Both the position numbers and the translations under genes were made by a program. 13,374 nucleotides of DNA from a virus, in the IMG/VR virus record IMGVR_UViG_3300045988_050262; one strand, 5' to 3'. How positions within the stretch are numbered: position 1 is the first letter of the stretch; each line of letters starts with the position of its first letter. Below are positions 1 through 5,504 of this stretch, piece by piece. The notes below the pieces were generated by a model, which worked only from the letters and a program-made list of their open reading frames with translations, was not told the DNA's origin and ran no database searches.

Positions 1-79
1 TCCCCAATTGACGATAAACCGTTCATAGCACTTTAACACAGTAAAGCGTTACTGTACTACACTTTGTTAAATTATTCAC
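1..79. repeat. Left inverted terminal repeat (55 bp perfect, imperfect to ~79)
   Basis: nt 1-55 (tccccaattgacgataaaccgttcatagcactttaacacagtaaagcgttactgt) equal the reverse complement of 13320-13374. Homology continues to ~79 with one mismatch (pos 56) and a 2-nt indel. It contains a 7-bp hairpin, acagtaa-agcg-ttactgt, at 38-55. Confidence 0.95.
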
Positions 80-122
80 GGACACCATACGGGTTGAGGG
101 CGGAGCCCTCAGGCGGTGCGCG

Positions 123-146
123 CACTTTAACACACTAAAGTGTTAC
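123..146. repeat. Second, internal direct copy of an ITR sub-element (copy 1 at 29-52)
   Basis: cactttaacacaGtaaagCgttac (29-52) versus cactttaacacaCtaaagTgttac (123-146), 22/24 identical. Copy 2 forms a 7-bp hairpin, cacttta-acacac-taaagtg (123-142). Confidence 0.85.
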
Positions 147-172
147 GTAGTGCCACCACCTCTATCATGTGT

Positions 173-201
173 AGTATACCATAACCGGGTGGTGATGTCA
201 A
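173..201 (-). promoter_or_regulatory. Consensus sigma-70/sigma-A type promoter on the minus strand, firing toward the left terminus
   Basis: The minus strand reads TTGACA (201->196), a 17-nt spacer, then TGgTATACT (extended -10; hexamer 178->173). The hexamers and spacing are the same as the promoters at 5388 and 13238. A 7-bp inverted repeat (154-160 / 188-194) brackets the -10. Confidence 0.65.
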
Positions 202-262
202 TATCAATTTTATACTTATGGCGGGTATTAAAAGAAGCGATAACCGATTGGAAGTTTTTTAC

Positions 263-291
263 TTGCTTCCGGAGACACACGGCGGTACAAT
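263..291 (+). promoter_or_regulatory. Possible early promoter for the rightward replication operon
   Basis: TTGCTT (263-268), a 17-nt spacer, TACAAT (286-291), with a T6 run upstream. The start would fall at ~298, right at the SD of the first ORF, so the leader would be very short. An alternative is a TATACT -10 at 211-216 with no recognisable -35. Confidence 0.3.
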
Positions 292-310
292 AACAGTAGG
301 AGGTGACGCC

Positions 311-511
311 ATGTCTAAAACATATTATCGTGTAGTCCATCCGTCCGGCTAGTTCGTCTGCGATGGGGATTACAGACCGAAGCGTTATTGGTCACTTGAG
401 GACGCAATACAGCGGGCCCGCGTAATGCCCGCGATCTATGAAAAGCCGATTGAAATACGCAAGTTTCCGGACCCGTACATAACAAGGAGGTATATAGATG
501 CCCGACAATAG
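311..511 (+). CDS. Small early ORF interrupted by an in-frame TAG at 350-352 (13 codons before it, 52 stop-free codons after); readthrough product or amber pseudogene
   Basis: AGGAGGTG (298-305) lies 5 nt before ATG 311. The frame reads MSKTYYRVVHPSG-TAG-FVCDGDYRPKRYWSLEDAIQRARVMPAIYEKPIEIRKFPDPYITRRYIDARQ-TAG. Its end overlaps the next gene start (498) by 14 nt. The only in-frame restart after the TAG is an ATG at 425, which has no SD and would give only 28 aa. Confidence 0.4.
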
Positions 512-674
512 AACATGGGAAGTAGTCTTCCAGCATAAAAACGGGGCGCTTCACTTCTGGCGCTACTCCGGGCAGAAGCCGCCCACGTTGGCCCAGATCG
601 TGGACGCTATGCCCGATGGTAAATGGTCCTTTATCCAAATGCGGGAGGTGGTTGTTTTATGGCGCGAGCGATAA
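498..674 (+). CDS. Hypothetical small early protein (58 aa)
   Basis: AAGGAGG (484-490) lies 7 nt before ATG 498. Product: MPDNRTWEVVFQHKNGALHFWRYSGQKPPTLAQIVDAMPDGKWSFIQMREVVVLWRER, ending in TAA. It overlaps the next start by 16 nt. It is absent from the supplied ORF track, which lists nothing shorter than 60 aa. Confidence 0.6.
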   Translation: MPDNRTWEVVFQHKNGALHFWRYSGQKPPTLAQIVDAMPDGKWSFIQMREVVVLWRER

Positions 675-1303
675 GACGTAAGCCGTTTAAGTTCTCATAT
701 GATATTGCGGCCTATTCCCTGGTATCCGATATGCGGGAGACGCATACCCGTAAAGAGTTGTTGGCCGAATATAACCGTATGCGTACAGAAGCGTTGACCC
801 GTATGAAAGAGCTGAAAAACTCCGAATACGTCAATAGCGCACAGTATTTAACCAACAAAGGGCGCTTCCGTGGCGGTTCGCGCATGAATAAAACAGAGCT
901 TGCCCATGCTATGCGGGACGCGGCCCGGTTCCTATCCTCTGCAACGTCCACTGTGCAGGGAATGCGCGAATTCGAGCGTCGAACAGTCCAGACGTGGCGC
1001 GAGGTATATGGGTTTGCCTTTATCAATAAGAACAATGTGGGCGAGTGGGGTTATTTTCTGGAATGGGTAAAAGAAAACAATCCCGACCCATATGATTTGA
1101 ACGAAGTGGCCGCGCAGTTTCAGCAGATGGAGCGTTACCGAAAGAAGACCCCGGCCCAGCAGGCCAAGGCGAAGCAGGAGACGCGAGAAGCTTTTGAGGA
1201 ATTTCAAGTATACCGTAAAGAGCGGGCGGCAAGGGCAGAAGCGACGCGCAGGTCAGAGGGCAATCGCGTATCTTCCGCCGACTTACGAAACAGAGGTTAT
1301 TAA
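659..1303 (+). CDS. Putative terminal protein (214 aa), assigned by position and composition
   Basis: GGGAGGTG (643-650) lies 8 nt before ATG 659 (MARAIRRK...); the ATG at 623 has no SD. The gene is immediately upstream of the protein-primed DNA polymerase (stop 1301-1303, next ATG 1306), as in phi29 (gene 3 then gene 2). The protein is highly charged and basic. I recognised no diagnostic motif. Confidence 0.55.
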   Translation: MARAIRRKPFKFSYDIAAYSLVSDMRETHTRKELLAEYNRMRTEALTRMKELKNSEYVNSAQYLTNKGRFRGGSRMNKTELAHAMRDAARFLSSATSTVQGMREFERRTVQTWREVYGFAFINKNNVGEWGYFLEWVKENNPDPYDLNEVAAQFQQMERYRKKTPAQQAKAKQETREAFEEFQVYRKERAARAEATRRSEGNRVSSADLRNRGY

Positions 1304-1305
1304 CC

Positions 1306-3309
1306 ATGAAATACTACACTACGGCGGATTTTCCGCTATTCGCAATTAAAAACTGTGATATCGAGCGCCGTAGTGTAGGCAATCAGGGCACCACCGTTCG
1401 GCGCGTATACAAGCAGATGTTGACTGGCTTTGACATTGAAACGACCCGTATCCCCGCCGAAGATCAATCCTTTATGTACGTTTGGCAATGGTATTTCGAG
1501 GGCGTGGGCGTTGTCATCGGTCACACCTGGCGCGAACTTCGTCTATTCATAATGCAGATCGAAGCCGTACTTGACAATGCCATGCTGGTGGTGCTGGTCC
1601 ATAATCTTTCATACGAATTTCAGTTTCTGCGCGCGGTTCACGAATGGAAAACCGATGAAGTATTTGCCGTCAAGTCCCGGCGCGTGCTTAAAGCTACTAT
1701 GAACGGTAAACTTGAGTTTCGTTGTACCATGCTCCACTCTAATATGTCTCTTGCTACCTGGACGGCCAAAATGGGCGTGGAGCACGGCAAGCTTTCCGGC
1801 GACGATTTCAATTACAATATTATGCGCTACCCAGACACACCGCTGTCCGAAACTGAGCTTGCGTATATCACCAATGACGTGGTGGGCATGGTCGAAGCTT
1901 ATCGCGCCGAAATGGAGCGAGACAGTGATAACCTCTATAAAATCCCGCTCACGTCCACCGGTTACGTTCGGGCCGACAGTAAGCGCGCCATGCGCAACAG
2001 CGGTAAGGTGGTTAAGAACATATTGCCGGACTATGATATTTACAAGATACTCCGCAAGGCGTTCCGTGGCGGCAATACCCACGCCAACAGATATTATTCC
2101 GGGATGATACTTGAAAATGTGAAGTCCGCCGATCGTTCCAGTAGTTACCCGGATGTTATCTGCAATTGTAAATTTCCCATGACCAAATTCCGGGAAATCA
2201 TTAATCCTGATATATGGAAAGTCGAAAAGATGATGAAAGACCGCCGTGCGCTGGTATTCACTATCCTGCTCCACGACGTGGAGCTTTCCGACCCATACAA
2301 CGGTTTCCCCTATATCAGCGTTGCAAAGTGCGCGGCCTGTGTTCGTTCTGGTAATGATAACGGTCGAGTGTTGAATGCTGACTTTATAGAAATGACAGTG
2401 ACCGATATTGACTGGCGGATTATCAAAAAGCAGTATGAATTTTCTGACGTGCAGGTGACGAAAGCTTATTGGAGCCATTACGGCTATTTACCTCGCGCTC
2501 TGATCGTGAACACAATAGACTACTACACCAAGAAAACCAACCTTAAAGGTGTGGACGGCCAACAACTACTCTATGACAAGTCCAAAAACCTATTGAATGG
2601 TATTTACGGCATGATGGCGCAAGATCCGGTGAAGCAGGATATTATTTACCATGAAGGCACTGGCGAATTCACCGAGGATGACGCGCCGCCTGAAAGTCTG
2701 CTTGCGGAGTTCTCCAAACACGCATTTCTTGCCTATCAGTGGGGCGTATGGATAACAGCATGGGCGCGTCTTCGTTTACAAGAGGGCATAGACCTATGCG
2801 GGCATAATTGTGTGTATGTGGACACTGACAGTTGTAAATATCTGGGTGTGGTGGACTGGACGGCTTATAACCGCAAGCGCGTCCGTGCCAGCGCTCAGAG
2901 CGGCGCATACGCCACAGACCCACACGGAAAGCGCCACTATATGGGCGTATTCGAGGACGAGGAGCCATACACCAAGTTCAAGACGCTGGGCGCAAAGAAG
3001 TATGTCTTTGAACACGCGGACGGCAAGCTCCAAGTTACCATTGCGGGCGTCAACAAAAAGAAAGGTGGTGCGGAGTTATCTCGCCGCGGCGGCATTGAAG
3101 CATTCCGCGAGGGTTTTACATTCATAGACGCAGGAGGTACCGAGAGTGTCTACAATGACTCTACGCCATACGCAGAACGTATGTTGAACGGTCATAAAAT
3201 CGAAATGTCCCCTAATATCTGCATTCGGCCTAGCACGTATACTATTTCTTTGACGGATGAATATAGAAATTTGTTAGAAACTTGCAAAATTTCTGTTGAC
3301 AATTTGTAG
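1306..3309 (+). CDS. Protein-primed family-B DNA polymerase (phi29 gp2-like), 667 aa
   Basis: Motifs, each paired with its phi29 counterpart: ExoI GFDIETT. ExoII HNLSYEFQF (phi29 HNLKFDGAF). ExoIII AYITNDV (YIKNDI). AFRGGNT (AYRGGFT). Motif A DRSSSYP (DVNSLYP). Motif B KNLLNGIYGMM (KLMLNSLYGKF). Motif C YVDTDS (YCDTDS). KxY GAKKYVF. Confidence 0.96.
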   Translation: MKYYTTADFPLFAIKNCDIERRSVGNQGTTVRRVYKQMLTGFDIETTRIPAEDQSFMYVWQWYFEGVGVVIGHTWRELRLFIMQIEAVLDNAMLVVLVHNLSYEFQFLRAVHEWKTDEVFAVKSRRVLKATMNGKLEFRCTMLHSNMSLATWTAKMGVEHGKLSGDDFNYNIMRYPDTPLSETELAYITNDVVGMVEAYRAEMERDSDNLYKIPLTSTGYVRADSKRAMRNSGKVVKNILPDYDIYKILRKAFRGGNTHANRYYSGMILENVKSADRSSSYPDVICNCKFPMTKFREIINPDIWKVEKMMKDRRALVFTILLHDVELSDPYNGFPYISVAKCAACVRSGNDNGRVLNADFIEMTVTDIDWRIIKKQYEFSDVQVTKAYWSHYGYLPRALIVNTIDYYTKKTNLKGVDGQQLLYDKSKNLLNGIYGMMAQDPVKQDIIYHEGTGEFTEDDAPPESLLAEFSKHAFLAYQWGVWITAWARLRLQEGIDLCGHNCVYVDTDSCKYLGVVDWTAYNRKRVRASAQSGAYATDPHGKRHYMGVFEDEEPYTKFKTLGAKKYVFEHADGKLQVTIAGVNKKKGGAELSRRGGIEAFREGFTFIDAGGTESVYNDSTPYAERMLNGHKIEMSPNICIRPSTYTISLTDEYRNLLETCKISVDNL

Positions 3310-3324
3310 CAGATATGTTACTAT
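3296..3324 (+). promoter_or_regulatory. Internal promoter overlapping the polymerase stop codon
   Basis: TTGACA (3296-3301), a 17-nt spacer, then TGtTACTAT (extended -10; hexamer 3319-3324). It is followed by GATGGGC (3334-3340) and the AGGAGG of the next ORF. Confidence 0.6.
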
Positions 3325-3353
3325 AATAGTGCCGATGGGCAGGAGGTAGCATA

Positions 3354-3482
3354 ATGTACGATAAAGAAATAAAGTATTATAACGTAAAGGTTAGCTATGT
3401 TTCCGCGGGCGGGAAGTATAGACGCTTCAAAACAATTAGAGGTTACTCAGAGGAAGACGCGGTTAAGACGGCAAGGGATTAG
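3354..3482 (+). CDS. Hypothetical small protein (42 aa to TAG 3480-3482; 65 codons to TAA 3549-3551 if the TAG is read through)
   Basis: AGGAGG (3341-3346) lies 7 nt before ATG 3354. The frame reads MYDKEIKYYNVKVSYVSAGGKYRRFKTIRGYSEEDAVKTARD-TAG-IRNETVKYKVQIEQVSNVIGWL-TAA. It resembles the 311 ORF (YYxV...GxYR...S-x-EDA-x3-AR). Confidence 0.6.
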   Translation: MYDKEIKYYNVKVSYVSAGGKYRRFKTIRGYSEEDAVKTARD

Positions 3483-3608
3483 ATTAGAAACGAAACCGTT
3501 AAATATAAAGTGCAGATTGAGCAAGTTTCTAATGTTATTGGTTGGCTGTAAGACTATGTTTAAATTGTCTGCCCTAACGGACTTATACGGGGAGAAAGTG
3601 AGAATACT

Positions 3609-3968
3609 ATGAGCAAGACGTTGACCCTGACCATTTTCGCAAAGACTCGCAAGACCAAGGACGGACGTAAGTTCAATACCTTTGTCACCACTCTGCCTGA
3701 TGGGGAGAAAGTGGCAGTCAAGTTTCAGAACGCCTGCGGCGAGCCGAAGTGCTGCCCCTGCAATATCGATCTTACGCGGGGCGGTTGTAATCTGTCCACT
3801 GAAATCCGTACCCGTAACGTTGTGAACAACAAGGTTGACCCCGCCACTGGTGAGGTGGTCGGCACAGAGACCGTGCAGGAGAAAGCCGATGTAAAGGTGC
3901 TGTGGATTTCTGCATGGGCTTACTCCGCCGAGGAATACCGCGACAGCTCCATGGACGAATTCTTTTAA
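3609..3968 (+). CDS. Hypothetical protein (119 aa), possible ssDNA-binding protein
   Basis: Clean ORF with a weak SD. The C-terminus is an acidic-aromatic tail (EEYRDSSMDEFF), as in bacterial SSB and T7 gp2.5 tails. The N-terminus is basic and beta-rich. It contains a Cys cluster, CGEPKCCPC...GGC. The size is similar to phi29 p5. The functional call is weak. Confidence 0.7.
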   Translation: MSKTLTLTIFAKTRKTKDGRKFNTFVTTLPDGEKVAVKFQNACGEPKCCPCNIDLTRGGCNLSTEIRTRNVVNNKVDPATGEVVGTETVQEKADVKVLWISAWAYSAEEYRDSSMDEFF

Positions 3969-3980
3969 GGAGGTAACATT

Positions 3981-4214
3981 ATGACGGTCACTTTTTTAAC
4001 TGATAACATTAAGATGGGCCGCACGGGTATTGCTTACCCGTTTGTGTTGGAAGTTCCTGAGTTCGGCCAGATTGCCGGGAGAGTGACCGAGACGCGGAGG
4101 GGAGCCACGCAGGTGGCTTTCCCCTCTGGTGTCAAAGCGGCCAGCGCAACGGCGGGGTTTATTCTCTATGAGTTTCAGAAGCAGGTGATAGTGAGTGAAA
4201 ATATTTGCACCTAA
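3981..4214 (+). CDS. Hypothetical protein (77 aa)
   Basis: AAGGAGGT lies 7 nt before ATG 3981. It overlaps the ATPase start by 20 nt. No motif recognised. Confidence 0.7.
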   Translation: MTVTFLTDNIKMGRTGIAYPFVLEVPEFGQIAGRVTETRRGATQVAFPSGVKAASATAGFILYEFQKQVIVSENICT

Positions 4215-5214
4215 CGGCTATTTGGATATGGAAAAAATCATTTCCAGCCCGTACTATTTCATTATGGTGCTGACAGGTCGCGGCACCGGTAAGACGTTCG
4301 GTGCTCTGGATTATCTCCGTAAACGCGCTACCAAGGGCGACCGGTTCATGTATTTTCGCCGCCTACAAACACAGATTGACATTGTGGCAAAGCCGGAGTT
4401 CTCCCCATTCAAAAAGCTGGACGCGGTACGCCACACTGTCACAGACGTAAAAAGCCTATCGAAGCAGACCGCCGGTTTCTATGATGATAGCACCGGCGAT
4501 CTGTTAGGCTATGCGGCGGCGGTTTCCACGTTCGCCAATTTGCGTGGTTTTGACGGTTCCGATATAGGCACTATCTTATTTGAGGAATGTATCCCGAAGC
4601 TCTACGAGTCAAAAATTCGCGACGAGGGCGCGGCTCTGATGGACGCTTACGAGACGATCAACCGCAACCGCGAGTTGGAGGGTGACGAGCCGGTGAAGCT
4701 GGTTTGCATTGGAAACAGTAACAACTCTGGCGCAGATCTTTTGTGCTATCTCAATCTTGTTTCCCGCGTAGAGAAAATGAAAAAGAACGGTACAATGGTC
4801 TACACGGACCCCGCGAGGTCCCTACTTCTAATCGTCCTGAAAGACTCCCCTATGGGCGAAAAGAAAGCAGATACAGCCCTTTACCGATTTTTGGGCCGCG
4901 AGAGCGACTATGCAAAGGCGGCACTTGACAACGAGCCGCCGGAGGAATGGGGCGAGTTCACCGGCAAGCTCCCATTAAAAGAGCTATCCCCGGTTGTGTC
5001 CGTAGGCGAGATTACAGTCTATCGGCATAAATCCCGCCACACGCTCTACGTGTCTACGCACAAGCAGGGAAGCCCGCCCACCTACGGCACCGGTCAAAAT
5101 GACATGAAGCGTGTCAAGACTCTCTATCGTTGGATATGGCAGGCGTATATAACCCAGCAAGTCATTTTCGAGGAAACGGTCTGTGAAATTCTATTCACTA
5201 AGTATTTTAGTTAG
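4195..5214 (+). CDS. DNA encapsidation (packaging) ATPase, phi29 gp16-like, 339 aa
   Basis: AGGTGA lies 6 nt before GTG 4195. Matches to phi29: Walker A LTGRGTGKTF (GARGIGKSY). RFMYFRRL (QFIYVRRY). Walker B ILFEECI (IVFDEFI). NRNRE...LVCIGNSN (NRERVRCICLSNA). Confidence 0.9.
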   Translation: MKIFAPNGYLDMEKIISSPYYFIMVLTGRGTGKTFGALDYLRKRATKGDRFMYFRRLQTQIDIVAKPEFSPFKKLDAVRHTVTDVKSLSKQTAGFYDDSTGDLLGYAAAVSTFANLRGFDGSDIGTILFEECIPKLYESKIRDEGAALMDAYETINRNRELEGDEPVKLVCIGNSNNSGADLLCYLNLVSRVEKMKKNGTMVYTDPARSLLLIVLKDSPMGEKKADTALYRFLGRESDYAKAALDNEPPEEWGEFTGKLPLKELSPVVSVGEITVYRHKSRHTLYVSTHKQGSPPTYGTGQNDMKRVKTLYRWIWQAYITQQVIFEETVCEILFTKYFS

Positions 5215-5224
5215 GAGGTTGACA

Positions 5225-5401
5225 ATGGCAAAGAGTGATAAATGGGAACGTTTGAAAGAGGAAATGAACCGTTTGGCAGATGAATTCGATACACTTCCAA
5301 ATCCCACCGCGGAGCAGTGCGGAATGTGTCAGGCATACAATTATGTTTATGTGCGGATGCGCGCACTTGAGTTATCTGAAAAAAAGCTTGACAAAGCCTA
5401 A
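5225..5401 (+). CDS. Hypothetical protein (58 aa)
   Basis: AGGAGG (5211-5216) precedes ATG 5225 (MAKSDKWERLKEEMNRLADEF...), ending in TAA 5399-5401. The upstream start at 5183 in the ORF track has no SD and overlaps the ATPase. Confidence 0.65.
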   Translation: MAKSDKWERLKEEMNRLADEFDTLPNPTAEQCGMCQAYNYVYVRMRALELSEKKLDKA

Positions 5402-5416
5402 ACCATGCGCTATACT
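5388..5416 (+). promoter_or_regulatory. Consensus promoter for the lysis and structural (late) operon
   Basis: TTGACA (5388-5393), a 17-nt spacer, TATACT (5411-5416), with an A7 run just upstream. Predicted start is ~5423. Confidence 0.7.
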
Positions 5417-5424
5417 TATCGTAA

Positions 5425-5504
5425 GATGGGCGGTGGGTGTCCATATGCAATCGCCGGAAGCGAGGACGCGCACCGGGCACGGTGCATGAGCCCACCGCCC
5501 TATC
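5425..5504 (+). promoter_or_regulatory. Structured RNA element (three-way junction) at the 5' end of the late transcript
   Basis: P1: 5425-5437 pairs with 5491-5504 (13 bp including 10 contiguous GC-rich bp, one bulged T). P2: 5439-5442/5464-5467 plus 5451-5454/5460-5463. P3: gcaccg-ggca-cggtgc (5470-5485). The element starts ~2 nt after the predicted start and ends 11 nt before the holin SD. Confidence 0.5.

Larger units (their letters stand above)
1..168 (-). ncRNA. Candidate terminal non-coding transcript (~165 nt if it runs to the DNA end); possible pRNA-like RNA
   Basis: Predicted start is ~166-168, from the minus-strand promoter. No credible ORF follows. The transcript has several stems: 161-154 with 118-111 (8 bp), 123-142 (7 bp), 96-110 (6 bp, GC-rich) and 38-55 (7 bp). 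No terminator is evident. Confidence 0.3.

Noticed and set aside
8-37. Inward-facing promoter within the ITR (TTGACG at 8-13)
   Set aside because: The best -10 candidates at 17-18 nt spacing (CTTTAA / TTTAAC) are poor.
127-168. Mini-ORFs starting at the ATG 5 nt after each terminal -10 (left, minus strand, 13 codons; right, 13271-13297, 8 codons), possibly leaderless
   Set aside because: They are very short, differ in length and encode dissimilar peptides. The shared ATG is more simply explained by DNA-level homology between the two ends.
61-300. tRNA (e.g. an amber suppressor) in the left non-coding region
   Set aside because: There is no cloverleaf, no GTTCRANYC-type T-loop and no 7-nt anticodon loop with CTA. 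The hairpins present have 3-, 4- or 6-nt loops.
143-638. Minus-strand ORFs 143-340 (65 aa) and 315-638 (107 aa)
   Set aside because: Neither has an SD. Both lie upstream of, not downstream of, the minus-strand promoter at 173-201. They overlap + strand ORFs that have strong SDs.
623-658. Upstream ATG 623 as the start of the terminal-protein gene
   Set aside because: It has no SD, whereas ATG 659 has GGGAGGTG 8 nt upstream. The extra residues (MVLYPNAGGGCF) look like an out-of-frame reading of the preceding gene.
1609-2478. 289-aa minus-strand ORF, plus the 131-aa + strand ORF at 1712-2107
   Set aside because: Both overlap the DNA polymerase gene, whose frame carries all the catalytic motifs. 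Neither has an SD or protein-like features.
3397-3612. 71-aa + strand ORF
   Set aside because: It has no SD. It overlaps the SD-driven 3354 ORF in another frame, and its sequence is not protein-like.
5218-5223. TTGACA hexamer in front of the 59-aa ORF
   Set aside because: There is no acceptable -10 at 16-18 nt spacing. The hexamer sits between the SD and the ATG of the 5225 ORF.
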